64,000 bases of DNA from Chloroflexota bacterium (GCA_037445475.1 JBBIKK010000008.1:397-64396); one strand, 5' to 3'; numbered from the stretch's first letter, positions 9,601 through 20,169 are shown. Notes: a model not told the origin generated them from the letters alone. Program-made: numbers and translations.

Positions 9601-11359
9601 GAGCCAGAGCCAGCCGGTGGCCGCGGCGCAGGAGTTCCGCGCCCACTTCCCCCGTGCCTGCTTTGAGGATGAGGACCGTCTGATTCGGGTTGCTCAGGTA
9701 GACCTGAACATAATACAGGCCAAAACTTGCACGGATGAGTTCCACCGTCTCGGTCAGCATGTCCGAAAGGTCGCGGAGTTGAGAAAGGCGTCGCGCGACA
9801 TCCGCGGCCAGAAACAAGTTGCGTGCGCGCGAGGCCGCAATGCTTTCCGCCATCTCCAGGGCGCGGTTCTTGTTAACCAATTCGCTGCGGGCTTCTTGCT
9901 CAACTTGTTCCCGGAAACGCTTGCCGATGACCAGCAAGATGCTGATGACGCCAACCCATATTGTGGGAGCGAGGATCGCCTCGGCCGGAAAGCCTGGGAC
10001 GAAGGTCAACGCAAGCATAGCCGCGAGGTTACCAATCAGATAGATAACCAGTGAGGAAAGAGGCAAGATCACGCTGCCCAGGAACAGAGGCACGGCCATC
10101 CAGGAAAGCGCACCTTGAATCTGGGAGAGCGTATAACCGGTTGCCGAGGGCAGAAGAACGCCCTGATACACAGAAGCGGTCAACGCCAGGACCGAGAGGA
10201 TGGCTCCACGACCAAAGCGCGCCGTACGACTCAGCCCATAGCTGCCGATCAGGGCCAGAGCAATCATGTAACCGATGAACGCCTCTGTATCGAAGCGGCC
10301 TGTAGAGCGAAACGCCTCGCCGTAGATGTAGAGTGGGATGAGGATGGTCAGCAACGTCGTCAGCAGTTGAGCCTGACGGCGGGCCTCCACACCCACGACC
10401 GTGCGATCGGGCTCAAGCACCAATTTCGACAGCGCCCGCCAGAAGGGGAAGCGCTGAAGAGTGAAGCGCCCCATCCCCTCCAACGGCATGGATGGTGCCT
10501 CCGAGGCTGCCTCCAGGCGGCTGTAATGGGCAACCATGCGAACCAGTTGCAAGACCACCCAGACGCCGATCACGACCGTCACGGCCGGGATGAACACGCG
10601 CAGGGCCGGAGACTGGTTGATATCGAAGCGCGGCAGAGGCTCGATCTGGTTGACGGCAAAGATGTAGGCGACATAGGCCATGGGCACAACAAACCAGGCC
10701 ATCGCCTGGGGCGGGAAACTCGTCCCGATCATGAAAAGCAGCAACAGACCGGTGATGAGCAAGTACGCCGTGGCGTTCTTCCACACCACCTCGGGAGTGG
10801 CATAGGCAAGGGAGATGCCTACCATGATCCAGGTGGACGCTGCACGGAACCTGTTCCGCCGAATCAGCGGGTAGGCAATGCCCAGCATCGAAATGCCCAG
10901 AAGGATGAAGCCCGATTCGGCCAGGATTTGCCACACCCCGGTTTGTAAATACAGCACGAAATAGAACAGGACAGCAACAAAGCCAACCACCCCAAGGAAT
11001 GTGGCCAGGAAATTCATGTTCCTGCGAATGCGCGGCTCAGGGGCTGGCGCGCTTTCGGGCGCGGGGGAAGGCACGGCCTTCTCGCGTGTGGCTGAGACGC
11101 TGATCGCATCCCCGCCCATCGTTCTGGGCTCAACATGCGCCGCGAGGGACTCGGGGGGGATAGCCGGCTCCCTGCGTGCCACCTGCCTTTCTTCCAGGGC
11201 GGCCTCCAACTCAGCCAGGCGCGCTTTCAACGCCTCCACATCGCGAATGCTCAGGTGGGTCGGCGGGGCATTCTGTTCCGAGAACAATTCCTGGTACTGT
11301 TGCTGGACCTTCCTGGCAATCAGTTCCCGGTCATTTTTTGACTTTCGCGTCTTTGCCAT
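6641..11359 (-). CDS. giant membrane sensor histidine kinase (coiled coil, ~12 TM, GAF, two ~105-aa repeat modules, 2 PAS, GAF, HisKA, HATPase_c)
   Basis: 1572-aa ORF. H-box FLANMSHELRTPLNSI, and N/G boxes NLVNNALKFT...DTGVGI...GGTGLGL. PAS-like segments are present, and GAF motifs FLPNPLLPKTRSEMVIPL and [18 protein letters not shown] occur. GGAG SD upstream. Confidence 0.85.
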   Translation of the reverse strand: MAKTRKSKNDRELIARKVQQQYQELFSEQNAPPTHLSIRDVEALKARLAELEAALEERQVARREPAIPPESLAAHVEPRTMGGDAISVSATREKAVPSPAPESAPAPEPRIRRNMNFLATFLGVVGFVAVLFYFVLYLQTGVWQILAESGFILLGISMLGIAYPLIRRNRFRAASTWIMVGISLAYATPEVVWKNATAYLLITGLLLLFMIGTSFPPQAMAWFVVPMAYVAYIFAVNQIEPLPRFDINQSPALRVFIPAVTVVIGVWVVLQLVRMVAHYSRLEAASEAPSMPLEGMGRFTLQRFPFWRALSKLVLEPDRTVVGVEARRQAQLLTTLLTILIPLYIYGEAFRSTGRFDTEAFIGYMIALALIGSYGLSRTARFGRGAILSVLALTASVYQGVLLPSATGYTLSQIQGALSWMAVPLFLGSVILPLSSLVIYLIGNLAAMLALTFVPGFPAEAILAPTIWVGVISILLVIGKRFREQVEQEARSELVNKNRALEMAESIAASRARNLFLAADVARRLSQLRDLSDMLTETVELIRASFGLYYVQVYLSNPNQTVLILKAGTGEVGAELLRRGHRLALAPNSLNGRAAFERRPVIVSDTERSAGFLPNPLLPKTRSEMVIPLISGERVLGVLDMQSEQVGLLNEGNLPVFEALAGQLAIAVQNASLLTQAQEARAEAEAQARRLTEQGWQDFLDAIERGQRIGFVFDQHQTAPLKVKTPTDLAADNALQAPIDVSGARLGVIQLSRDPQQTWSEQETGVLQATARQLAQHIDNLRLLAQAERYRAEAEQAVRRLTREGWGSYLQRRGELAPGYMFDLVEVRVLDPKGNGSFSALKQPLTVRGEVVGELASEAVAASEEAAEILAAVSRQLSGHIENLRLAEEIEQALMRTEQLSRQNELILESAGEGIFGLNEKGEHSFVNPAAAHMLGYTVEELVGRHSHSTWHYQRADGSPYPDEECPIYLSLRDGTVHEGDEYFLRKDGSGFPVTFTSTPMREGGKIVGAVVTFRDITERKQAEERLRLAQQRMQTILETVTLPMVITRLSDNIMTFINQPAAESVRSKYEDVINKPSPNFYYDLEDRKKFVAELRAKGRVSNMAVRLVRSDGEIFWALLSARIFEYQGEPSILTTFADITDRIRAQEDAARRAAELATVAEISTKTATTLDPDKLLQLVTDLTKERFGLYHAHIYLVDEAAGTLLLTAGAGDVGRQLVAERHAIPLDAQRSLVARAARERTAVIVNDVRSEPDFLPNPLLPETRSEMAVPLIVGEQVLGVFDVQSEMAGSFTEREANIYTTLAAQVGVALQNARLYAEQTATVMQLRELDRLKSSFLANMSHELRTPLNSILGFADVIAEGLDGPLTEPMKTDLQLIQKNGQHLLHLINDVLDMAKIEAGKLNLQPERFRLHEVLDEVLSITSPLASEKALSLFIEDESDQEVEVFADRTRIRQVMLNLVNNALKFTEKGKISICATRQEERVLIRVRDTGVGIPPDKLEAIFEEFAQVDPSPTRKVGGTGLGLPISRRLVDMHGGRMWAESTGIPGEGSTFYVELPLEAKIAIPVEKVAR

Positions 11360-11374
11360 ACGGACACTCCTCTG

Positions 11375-14134
11375 TTACGAGGCCGGGGGCTGGCCATCCG
11401 CAGCCAGGCCGGGCGACTCCAAAACGACGCGCGCTTCCTTTGCTCCCAGGGCGCGCCCCAACTCACGGATGGCAACCTGCAAGGCGCTCTCCACGGTAGG
11501 CGCTCGTTGAATCTGTTGACCGATGGTTGCGATCAATGCTTCGCTTTCAGCGCGGGCGCGGAGCTCTGCATAGGAACGGGCATTGCGCAAAGCAAAGGCA
11601 ACTTGCGTCGCGATGGCCTGCAACATATCCACGTCTTCCTGTCCCAGCCCGCCAGCCTGGTCCTCTTGCACATCCAGAACGCCCAACACTTGCTCGCCGA
11701 TCGAAATCGGCACAGCCGCTTCAGATTGGGTTTCGGGCAAGAGGGGGTTCGGCAACCAGTCAGGATCAGACGATACCGCGCTGACCAGCACAGGCGCATT
11801 GATTGTGGCCGCGCGGCCGACCAGGCCCTTCCCTTTAGGAACCTTATGGCCGCGCGCGAGCAAGATTCGGCCAACCTCGCCCGTGCCACCGACCATGATC
11901 AGGTCGCCGCTGGCCTCATCCACCAGGTAGATATGGGCATGGTAGTAATCGAAAGCATTTTTGATCTGCTCCACGACCTCAACTACCAGCTGGCGCTGAT
12001 CGAGGATCGTGGAGAGGCGGCGGCTGACCTCGGCGGCCGTGGCCAGGGCGCGGGTACGGTCTGCAACGCGCTTTTCCAGCGAGCCAATCAGATCACGTAG
12101 CTGGGCCGTCATATCGTTGAAAGCGGAGGCCAGCAGGCCGATCTCGTCCTGGCTCTTCACTTCGGCCACGCGGCTCAAATCACCGGCGGCAATGGCCGAG
12201 ACAGCCTCTGTAAGCACCCCCACGGGCTGGAGGGTGCTGCGGATGGTAAACCACGCCAGGGCAAGCATAATGGCCGAGCCCAAGACAATCAAGATGAACG
12301 CATTGCGCTGAAATTGACGCACCGGAGCGAGCACTTCGGCCTCGGGTTGCTGCACGACCACCCCCCAGCCGTTATCCAGGGCATGCACGTAGGCTCGCCA
12401 AACCTCGCCATTCTCATCCGAAAATGTGAGCAAGCCCTCACGGCCCTGGCGCAGGGCTGCGAGTGGCGGGTAGGCACTCAGATCGCGCAGTTCCTGAGTG
12501 GTATAGGTCGGGTCGGGGTGAGCCACGACCCGGTTCTGGCTGTCAACGATATACGTGATTACGCCTGCCGGCCGGCTCTTGAGCACCTCGTGGCTGATGT
12601 CGTCCAGTTCGCTCACAATGGAGGCCACCCCCACCATCTGGCCAGAGGCATCGTAAATCGGGGTGGACATGTTGAGAGCCGGGTTGCCGGTGGTGCGGCT
12701 GATCAGCGCCTCAAAAGTGATCGGCGCGCCTGATCTGGCTCCTTGAAACCACACTCGATCGTGGTAATCTTTGGGCTCCGCATTGTCATTGCGGGCCACA
12801 TTGATGCCATTCAGATCGGTCGTATGGACAAGAAACAGGTTAGGGTGGGTCGCCGCGATGGCCTGCAATACAGGTCGTTGTCGGGCAGCATCCATGCTGA
12901 CAATGTCTGGGAGCGTAGCCATTTCGTGCAAGGTGCGCATGTGCTGTTCCAACCAGGTGGAGAGATTGGTGGCCAGGGCCTCATTCTCTTTCTGGAGTGC
13001 CACGTTGGCCAGCGCTTCGATGCGGGCTCCGGCTTGCGAACCGAGATATGAGGAAACGCCGATCAGCAGAGGAACCGTCACGATCAGGATCAGGGAGGTC
13101 AGGCGCGCTTGAATGCGGGGCTGCCCGGCCTGACGGGCCATGAACAGGATAAAGATCAGTGCCACGCCGGCCATCAGCCAGATCGCCTTGGTGTCGAAGT
13201 TGGCTACGGCCACGCTGAGGGCAGCCAGGCTGCCAACCAGCACGACCAGATTGGGAAGCGCCGCTGCCAACCTATCCAGGGCTCGCCCCCACCGCGAATC
13301 CACAGCTTCGGCCGGCGAACGATAGGTTTGCCTCAAGGCTGCGTACAGGAAGAACAGGAAGGCAAGGCTCCACCCGCTGTCAATCCAGCTGCCTGTCGTG
13401 TATGTGCCTGCCAGGCTAGCATAGCCAAAGGCCACATCGGAGCCCACGAAGAAGAGCATGCCGATAAACAGGAGCCAGAGTGCGGAGCGGGTATCGCGCT
13501 CGGGACGGCGCAGCAAGGCACTGAGGATGCCGGCCATCATGATCACATCGCTGATCGGGTAGGCTACAGCAATGGCCTGCGCCAGCACGTCCCCGCTTTC
13601 GGAGGCGGCGGTGGGTTGGATAATAAAATACCACATCAACACGGCCATGGTCGCCACGACGATCAGAAGGTCGAGGATATAGTATCGGCGCTCTCGCGAA
13701 TGGAAGGGAACAGCGGGCGTGCTGAACAGGCCGACCGCAGCCAGAAACGCAAACAGCAGATAGAAAGCGTCAGCGATGGAGGGGAAGGGCAAGTTTTCCG
13801 TTATGCTTTCCAGATAGGTCCAGATCCCATCGGCGACGAGGTGGGAGAGGAGCCCCAACCCGAGCAGAAGCCACATACGGCGAAGGCGTGAGGCCAGGTG
13901 TTGCTGCAAAACGATGGAGAGGGCCACCCCAAGCGCAGCGACCTCCAGGGGGATATCGGAGAGATCACCGACCAGGGCGACATAGACCTCCCCGCCCCAA
14001 TGGAAGCGAAGCCACCCCATGTATATCAGGGTGTAGAGGGTAAAGAAGGCAGCCACACCACCCCGCCAGTTGCCGAGCCATGTGGGGAGAAAGCGCAAGA
14101 TTTTTACAGAGGGGAGTCGATTAGACGGGTTCAT
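11375..14134 (-). CDS. polytopic membrane / Cache-like periplasmic / HAMP / GAF signalling protein with no recognisable output domain
   Basis: Start moved to the ATG at 14134 (AGGAGA SD 6 nt upstream). Order of parts: ~9-10 TM, then an extracytoplasmic ~250 aa, a TM, HAMP ([33 protein letters not shown]), then GAF ([16 protein letters not shown]...[18 protein letters not shown]). It ends ~60 aa after the GAF domain. Confidence 0.75.
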   Translation of the reverse strand: MNPSNRLPSVKILRFLPTWLGNWRGGVAAFFTLYTLIYMGWLRFHWGGEVYVALVGDLSDIPLEVAALGVALSIVLQQHLASRLRRMWLLLGLGLLSHLVADGIWTYLESITENLPFPSIADAFYLLFAFLAAVGLFSTPAVPFHSRERRYYILDLLIVVATMAVLMWYFIIQPTAASESGDVLAQAIAVAYPISDVIMMAGILSALLRRPERDTRSALWLLFIGMLFFVGSDVAFGYASLAGTYTTGSWIDSGWSLAFLFFLYAALRQTYRSPAEAVDSRWGRALDRLAAALPNLVVLVGSLAALSVAVANFDTKAIWLMAGVALIFILFMARQAGQPRIQARLTSLILIVTVPLLIGVSSYLGSQAGARIEALANVALQKENEALATNLSTWLEQHMRTLHEMATLPDIVSMDAARQRPVLQAIAATHPNLFLVHTTDLNGINVARNDNAEPKDYHDRVWFQGARSGAPITFEALISRTTGNPALNMSTPIYDASGQMVGVASIVSELDDISHEVLKSRPAGVITYIVDSQNRVVAHPDPTYTTQELRDLSAYPPLAALRQGREGLLTFSDENGEVWRAYVHALDNGWGVVVQQPEAEVLAPVRQFQRNAFILIVLGSAIMLALAWFTIRSTLQPVGVLTEAVSAIAAGDLSRVAEVKSQDEIGLLASAFNDMTAQLRDLIGSLEKRVADRTRALATAAEVSRRLSTILDQRQLVVEVVEQIKNAFDYYHAHIYLVDEASGDLIMVGGTGEVGRILLARGHKVPKGKGLVGRAATINAPVLVSAVSSDPDWLPNPLLPETQSEAAVPISIGEQVLGVLDVQEDQAGGLGQEDVDMLQAIATQVAFALRNARSYAELRARAESEALIATIGQQIQRAPTVESALQVAIRELGRALGAKEARVVLESPGLAADGQPPAS

Positions 14135-15635
14135 GGTGATCTCCTGAGCTGCGGCCGTGACCATTGCCCAATTTCAAGCGCACGCGAGCGGGGGTTCCTA
14201 GAGCGCGTCCCACTTCGCGCACCGCCACCTGCAAGGCACTTTCCACAGTGGTGGCGCTCTGGATCTTCTGGCCAATGGTGGCAATCAGCGCCTCGCGCTC
14301 GGCGCGGCGCTGCGCCTCGGCATAGGAGCGGGCGTTGTGCAAGGCAATTGCCACCTGGTTGGCAATGGATTGCAACAGATCGGCATCTTCCTGCCTCAGG
14401 CCATGTGTGACGTTATGCTGCACATCCAACACGCCCAGCACCCGTTCGCCGATCGAGATCGGCACAGCCACCTCGGAGCGCGTCTCGGGCAACAAGGGAT
14501 TGGGCAACCAGGCAGGGTCTTTGGAGGTGTCTGGGACCAGGACGAGGCTGTTCGTCTGGGCAGCGCGGCCGACCAGGCCCTTGCCTCGGGCGATCTTGTG
14601 TCCGCGAGCCAGCATGGTGGCGCCGGCCGTGCCCGTGCCGCCGGCCATGATCAGGTCGCCACTGGCTTCATCCACCAGGTAGATATGGGCATGATAGTAA
14701 TTGAAGGCCGATTTCACCTGCTCGACCACCTCAACCACCAGCCGGCGCTGATCGAGGATCGTGGAGAGGCGGCGGCTGACCTCGGTGGAGGTGGCCAGGG
14801 CCTTGGTGCGCTCGGCGACACGCTGTTCAAGGCCGCTCAATAATTGCTGTAGTTGATCGGCCATGTTGTTGAAGGCTGCTCCCAGCTGACCGATTTCGTC
14901 CAGGCGAGTTGTATCCGCGCGTTCCCGAAAATTCCCGGCGGCCAGCGCCTGTGCCAAGCGCCTCAACGTATCCAGAGGACGAGTCACCAGCAAGGTGAAA
15001 AGGAGAACCGTCATGATAACCAACACAAGGCTGGTCAACAGAGCAGTAACCGCAATGGTGAGGGCGGTCTGAAAAGAGGCCTGCCGAATGCGCGCGCTGG
15101 AATATCCCAGCCGGAATTCGCCCAACGTTTGTTCTTCCAAGAGAATCGGCGCCTGCACTTCGCTTACAGAGGGGGCATGGTGAGCCATCTCAATCAGGCT
15201 CAAAATATCCGTGTTTGCCGGGCCCGTCTCCAGAATCTGAGCCACGGTGGGATCCGTGCGATCCAGAAAGCGCGTCAAAGCCCTGCCTTCCGCGTTGACC
15301 ACGACACCGTACACCACATCGGGGTCTTGATTGGCCTGTTTCACAAAGTTTTCTAACGCCAGGAAATCCGAACGGAGGATGGCTTCCTGGCTTACGGAGG
15401 CAAGTAGAATGACCTGGCGTTCCATCTTCCCTCTAAGATCGGCTTGCTGGCGTGCGAAAGTTGTGTAGATCTGGAAAGCGCCCAAAAGCAGTTGCACCGC
15501 CACCAGAACGGCTCCTACTACAGTCAGGTAACGAAACGCCAGACTGTGTCTCACAGATTGAGTTCGACGCCCGCCTGTGTGTCCTCTCGAACTCGGTATA
15601 TCCGTAGATGGATGATGCTTGTCATTCAGCCACAT
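14121..15635 (-). CDS. membrane HAMP-GAF signalling protein, paralog of 11375..14134, no output domain
   Basis: ATG at 15635 with AAGGAG 9 nt upstream (the track start at 15656 is TTG). Order of parts: TM, ~170-aa periplasmic region, TM, HAMP ([33 protein letters not shown]), then GAF ([16 protein letters not shown]...[18 protein letters not shown]). Confidence 0.75.
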   Translation of the reverse strand: MWLNDKHHPSTDIPSSRGHTGGRRTQSVRHSLAFRYLTVVGAVLVAVQLLLGAFQIYTTFARQQADLRGKMERQVILLASVSQEAILRSDFLALENFVKQANQDPDVVYGVVVNAEGRALTRFLDRTDPTVAQILETGPANTDILSLIEMAHHAPSVSEVQAPILLEEQTLGEFRLGYSSARIRQASFQTALTIAVTALLTSLVLVIMTVLLFTLLVTRPLDTLRRLAQALAAGNFRERADTTRLDEIGQLGAAFNNMADQLQQLLSGLEQRVAERTKALATSTEVSRRLSTILDQRRLVVEVVEQVKSAFNYYHAHIYLVDEASGDLIMAGGTGTAGATMLARGHKIARGKGLVGRAAQTNSLVLVPDTSKDPAWLPNPLLPETRSEVAVPISIGERVLGVLDVQHNVTHGLRQEDADLLQSIANQVAIALHNARSYAEAQRRAEREALIATIGQKIQSATTVESALQVAVREVGRALGTPARVRLKLGNGHGRSSGDHHEPV

Positions 15636-15744
15636 ATACAACAACTCCTTTGCCAACCATAAGCATATTCACGCGCTCAAACAGCGGCAGGCATACACGC
15701 AAGCGAGACAAAACACCCGATCAGGTTCACGTTCTCCGGGGCGT

Positions 15745-16698
15745 TCAAGGCATCACATCCCAGGTGGGCAGTTTGAGGGTCTCGATCAGGGCATCCAGAG
15801 AGGAATAGTCTTCGGGCGGGACAAAGCCGGTCAATTTGGCAGCGCTCAACGCGGGATGGTCCGGCGGAATGTTGAGCAGAGCCAATTTCACCGCATTGGC
15901 CAGAGCGGGATCGGTATCGGCCAGCATGGCAAAGGGCCACTCCGGGTAAAGGGCCGTGGTATGTGGATAGAAGAAATCATCGTTGGCCTGATCGAAGATG
16001 AGCAGTTCTTTATCATCCGTGAGGATGCCGGCCTTAATCATGTCTTCGATCTGACCGGTACGTACAAAGCCAACGTCGATGGTGCCGTTCAACACGGCCA
16101 GCACAATATTGTCCTGAGAAGAGATCTCGGTGAAACTGCTAAAATCCTTGAAGGCATCGAAACCTTTCTGAAGCAAATGATAGACTTGAAAAACGCAACC
16201 TGCCGCAGCCGTCTCGAAATCCACGCAGGCGGCGCGCTTGCCACGCAGATCCTTCACGGCCTGAATGCCGCTATCCTTGCGGACGATGATGATGCCGCTG
16301 AATTTTGTTCCGGTGTTGGGACGCGAGAGGGTTGCCAGGAAAGAGATATGATACTGGCGGCGTAATTGAGTGGCGGCCAATGGATTGGTAAAGACGAAGT
16401 CTATGCTCCCCTGCTCCACTTCACGAGACTGACCCTCGAAGCTGAGGGGAACAATGGTAAACGGGCGGCCGACAGCACCACTCAAATAAGAAATCAGCGG
16501 GCCATACTGTTCGTTCGTGGCCACCGCGCTGCGAATCACCAATATGCCCACTCGCACAGGTTCGCCGGCCGCTGCAGGCAATGCCGTGTTCGTCGGTACA
16601 GGGGTGGCAGGAGGCACGGCCGCCGATGGCTGCCCGCCACATGCAGTCAACACCAACAAGACAATCAACAGACTCGAAGCCAGACGAAATATCTTCAT
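15745..16698 (-). CDS. PhnD-like periplasmic substrate-binding lipoprotein (orphan)
   Basis: ATG at 16698 with AAGGAGAT SD. Lipoprotein signal MKIFRLASSLLIVLLVLTACGG. The body resembles the phosphonate/PBP type-2 binding fold (VGILVIRSAVATNEQYGPL..., TGQIEDMIKAG). Confidence 0.7.
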   Translation of the reverse strand: MKIFRLASSLLIVLLVLTACGGQPSAAVPPATPVPTNTALPAAAGEPVRVGILVIRSAVATNEQYGPLISYLSGAVGRPFTIVPLSFEGQSREVEQGSIDFVFTNPLAATQLRRQYHISFLATLSRPNTGTKFSGIIIVRKDSGIQAVKDLRGKRAACVDFETAAAGCVFQVYHLLQKGFDAFKDFSSFTEISSQDNIVLAVLNGTIDVGFVRTGQIEDMIKAGILTDDKELLIFDQANDDFFYPHTTALYPEWPFAMLADTDPALANAVKLALLNIPPDHPALSAAKLTGFVPPEDYSSLDALIETLKLPTWDVMP

Positions 16699-16754
16699 GG
16701 CTATCTCCTTATGGTGGACGAGACAAGAGTTATCCGAGCCGGCATCACGCCGAT

Positions 16755-18665
16755 TCACTCCGCGGTTGCCTGCATGGCAACCGAATCCGCGACGGGCAGA
16801 AGGGGCAGAACGACCGTGAAGCGCGAGCCCTTGCCCGGCTCGCTCTCGACGTGTACCTCTCCGCCATGCTGCTCAACAATGGACTTGACGATCGTCAACC
16901 CAAGCCCATTGCCTTCGATGCCCTTCGTGGCCGCGTTGCGAACGCGGTAGAAGCGCTGGAAAATGAAGGGCAAGTCCTCCGATGGAATCCCACAGCCGGT
17001 ATCCTGTACGCTGAGGCGCACCTGGGAATCCGAATGTTCAAGAGAAAGCATGATCGTGCCGCCGTTGGGCGTGTATTTGATCGCGTTGTCGATCAGGTTG
17101 TGCACCACCCATTGTAACCGCAGCGGATCGCCCTTGATCTTAGGATGGCCCTCGGCTTGCTGGACGCGCAATAGCTGTCCTTTGGCCTTGACCTTCGGTC
17201 CGAACTCATCCTGGACGGCGGCCATCAGGGCGTTCACATCGACGACCTCTTGCTTGAACTTCACTCCCATTTCCAGCCTCGTCAACTCGAGCAGGTTCTG
17301 CACCAACTGGTTCATGCTGCAGGCAGTGGAGTAAATATGTTGGGCAAACTCAGACTGCTCCTCGTTGAGCGAGCCTGTCCGTGTCAGCAGCTCGGCATAC
17401 CCCAGGATGATGCCGATGGGGGTTTTCAAGTCGTGAAGGGCAGTGGAGATGAATTCGTTCTTTTCCTGCTCCATCTCCTTGAAATGGCTGATATCATGCA
17501 AAACGGCCATGCATCCGCTCCTTTCCATAGGCACGCATTGAGCCAGGAAGGTGCGCTGTTGCGCCCCGGGCACCTCCACGACTCTCGGCTCGCCGGAGAT
17601 AACCACCTCTTCCACCGCTGCCGCCAATGCATCGTATCCCTCGCCAGATGCCAGGCGCCGGCCCATGGCCAAGGGGCGCTCTTTGAACAACATTTCAGCA
17701 GCCGGATTTAACTCCACAAGGTTGCCGGCGCTGTCGAACATCAGAACTGCTTCTGCCATGCAGCGCAGGGCAACCTGAGAAGAGAGTGTGTCTCGACCTT
17801 TCGCCTCTGCCTGGAGGCGGATATTCTCAACTGCCATGGCCACCTGAGCGGCAATCGCCTGTACGAGAGATAAATGCTCTGATTGAAAGTGGCCTGCTTG
17901 CTCATGCGTCAACAGGATCAACCCAAGCACGCCTGACCGTCCGACCAGAGGAACGAGAACGGCCGAGCGAACCGCTATGTTCGGGGTTGCCTGCCAAAAC
18001 GGCTCACGCTGGGTATCCTCAATGATCCACCCTTGCCAGGTTTCTCCTATTTGCGCCAGGATGTCTGTCCATTGCGGGAACAGCATCTCGATCATGGACG
18101 TGGCCGCAGGAATGCTGCGAGAGAGCAAGGAGGCGCCCGTCTCAGTCAGAAGGATAACCTGCCCGGCCGCGGCTCCCAGCGCCCGCGTGGTGATCTGCAG
18201 CACTGCATCCAACAGTCCTTCCAGTCCTGGATGAGCAACCAGTGCTCTAGCCATCTCGGCCAGGACGCTCCACTCACGATGGCGGCGTCGCAGGGCCTCC
18301 ATAGATTCCTTGACCCGCAGTTTGGCGCGGATGCGCGCCAGCAACTCGCGGCGATCGAAGGGCTTGGTCACATAATCGTCGGCGCCCAGGTTCAAGCCGG
18401 CTTGCATGTCGATCGGGTCGGGGCGGGCCGCGGTCAGGATGATGACCGGGATGTGTTCGGTGGCCGGGTCGGCACGGATTTCCTGCAGAACCGCAAAGCC
18501 GTCCATTTCCGGCATGTTCACATCCAGCAACACCAGGTCGGGCATTTCGGAGCGGGTTCTCTCCAGCGCCTCTGCCCCATTGGAGGCCATCACCAGGCGA
18601 TAGCCCTCACTTTGCAGGTAACGCGAAAGCAACGAGACGTTATCCGACGAATCGTCCGCAATCAA
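16755..18665 (-). CDS. hybrid histidine kinase: N-terminal REC, GAF, PAS, HisKA, HATPase_c
   Basis: REC motifs (LVLLDVNMPEMDG, VIILTAA), H-box FISTALHDLKTPIGII, then NLIDNAIKYT...DTGCGI...GNGLGL. The TTG start overlaps the upstream stop (TTGA). Confidence 0.85.
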   Translation of the reverse strand: MIADDSSDNVSLLSRYLQSEGYRLVMASNGAEALERTRSEMPDLVLLDVNMPEMDGFAVLQEIRADPATEHIPVIILTAARPDPIDMQAGLNLGADDYVTKPFDRRELLARIRAKLRVKESMEALRRRHREWSVLAEMARALVAHPGLEGLLDAVLQITTRALGAAAGQVILLTETGASLLSRSIPAATSMIEMLFPQWTDILAQIGETWQGWIIEDTQREPFWQATPNIAVRSAVLVPLVGRSGVLGLILLTHEQAGHFQSEHLSLVQAIAAQVAMAVENIRLQAEAKGRDTLSSQVALRCMAEAVLMFDSAGNLVELNPAAEMLFKERPLAMGRRLASGEGYDALAAAVEEVVISGEPRVVEVPGAQQRTFLAQCVPMERSGCMAVLHDISHFKEMEQEKNEFISTALHDLKTPIGIILGYAELLTRTGSLNEEQSEFAQHIYSTACSMNQLVQNLLELTRLEMGVKFKQEVVDVNALMAAVQDEFGPKVKAKGQLLRVQQAEGHPKIKGDPLRLQWVVHNLIDNAIKYTPNGGTIMLSLEHSDSQVRLSVQDTGCGIPSEDLPFIFQRFYRVRNAATKGIEGNGLGLTIVKSIVEQHGGEVHVESEPGKGSRFTVVLPLLPVADSVAMQATAE

Positions 18666-19141
18666 GATTTTATGGGCCGTCGGCGTCTCCGCAGCTTGCC
18701 CAGTTGCGTGCAGCCCATACCCTCCAGCGTCTTGCCAACGATCTGGCGAATGCGCTCGGGGCGAATGGGTTTGATGAGCACTTCATCCACCTTCAGCCGC
18801 CGGGCGCTTTCCCTCACGCCGGGCACATCGTAGGCCGTGATCAACACCGTGTATGTCGGGCGACCCCCAGGGTGTATCCGCAGGGCCTCGATCAGTTCAA
18901 GACCGTTCATGTCCGGCATCACCATATCGGTTATGAGAAGATCCACGGCTTCATCCCTGGCATATTCCAGCGCCATCCTGCCGCTGGTAGCAGAAACCAC
19001 CTCTACGCCCGGCCCCAGCTGCGCAATCGCCCGCGCCAGGGTCGTGGCCGTGTTGGGATGGTCATCCACGACCAGGACCCGCGCCTGGGCATGGTGAGTG
19101 GAAAAGTCCTGGATGTCCATAAGCCGTATCCATTTTTGCAC
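18662..19141 (-). CDS. single-domain response regulator
   Basis: Motifs VLVVDDHPNT, LLITDMVMPDMNG, VLITAYD. GTG start at 19141 with GGAGGGAG SD; an alternative ATG is at 19120. Confidence 0.8.
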   Translation of the reverse strand: MQKWIRLMDIQDFSTHHAQARVLVVDDHPNTATTLARAIAQLGPGVEVVSATSGRMALEYARDEAVDLLITDMVMPDMNGLELIEALRIHPGGRPTYTVLITAYDVPGVRESARRLKVDEVLIKPIRPERIRQIVGKTLEGMGCTQLGKLRRRRRPIKS

Positions 19142-19378
19142 AGACTCCCTCCCCCGGCAGATTGCTATAAGGGAGGAAAGGTTGGCAAAGGTTTGGAAAC
19201 GAAAAAGGCCGCCCCGACCTGTGGACGAGACAGCCTTCGCCCCGGCGCCTCACGTTTCATCGCCCCGTGCTACCGTGTAAGACGAGGAATCGCACCCCTG
19301 AACCTCCTTCGGGATGGGCTCCGGCGCCCCGCCCTCCGGCTGTGACGGCCGCACCCGGCAAGCACACTCCCCTCGCCC

Positions 19379-20167
19379 TCAATCCACCACAAGGCGATAG
19401 CCACTCCCGCGCACGTTGATCAGTTGAACCGCCGGCTCGACCGCCTGGCGGATGTGGTGCACATGCCACTTGACCAGTTCCTGTGCCTCGCGCACCTCGG
19501 CCTGGTATCCCTGGGCTTCAGAAACCAGCGTCTGATAGTCCACAAGGTTGGGAGCATGGCGCGCCAGGACGAGCAGGTAATCAAAGGTGGTGGGAGGGAG
19601 GTCGATGGTGCGCCCTGCAAGGAGCAAACGGCGCGTGTGCAGATCGAGCGTCAATTTGCCGCGCGTGAGGAAGCGCTGATCGGCATTCACCGCGATGGAC
19701 GCCGTCTCGCCCTGGGACTCCTCCTTTTCGAGAGCCCTCAACTCGGCCTGTAGAGCCTCAATGCGCATTCGGATTTCACGTTTGCGGCGTTCGCGCTCCA
19801 GGCCGGCCAGGATGGCACGCGTACGCTCGATGATCGTCTCCGGCTTGAGCGGCTTGAGCAAATAATCCATCGCCCCGTTGTGCAGGGCCTCCAGGGCAGA
19901 CTTCAAATCCGGCTGGGCGGTGAACAGGATGACCGCAACATCGGGATTCTGAGAGCGGATGGCGCGCAACACCTCCAGGCCGCTCATGTCGGGCAGACGA
20001 ATGTCCAGGTACACCAGGTCGAAGGGTTGATGAGAGAAATGGAAAAGCCCCTCTTTTCCGTCCGCGGCGGTGGTGGCATCGAAGCCGGCCTTCTTCAGGA
20101 CGCGCGCCAGGGTCTGGCGCAGAGCGGCTTCGTCGTCCACGATCAGAACGTGGCCGGAAACGCCCAT
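19379..20167 (-). CDS. OmpR/PhoB-type response regulator with extended coiled-coil linker
   Basis: REC motifs (VLIVDDEAAL, LVYLDIRLPDMSG, VILFTAQ), a ~40-aa Arg/Glu-rich helical linker, then a winged helix (LTRGKLTLDLHTRRLLLAGRTIDLPPTTFDYLLVLA...GYRLVV). ATG at 20167 with AAGGAG SD; an alternative GTG at 20173 overlaps the upstream stop. Confidence 0.85.
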   Translation of the reverse strand: MGVSGHVLIVDDEAALRQTLARVLKKAGFDATTAADGKEGLFHFSHQPFDLVYLDIRLPDMSGLEVLRAIRSQNPDVAVILFTAQPDLKSALEALHNGAMDYLLKPLKPETIIERTRAILAGLERERRKREIRMRIEALQAELRALEKEESQGETASIAVNADQRFLTRGKLTLDLHTRRLLLAGRTIDLPPTTFDYLLVLARHAPNLVDYQTLVSEAQGYQAEVREAQELVKWHVHHIRQAVEPAVQLINVRGSGYRLVVD

Positions 20168-20169
20168 CT

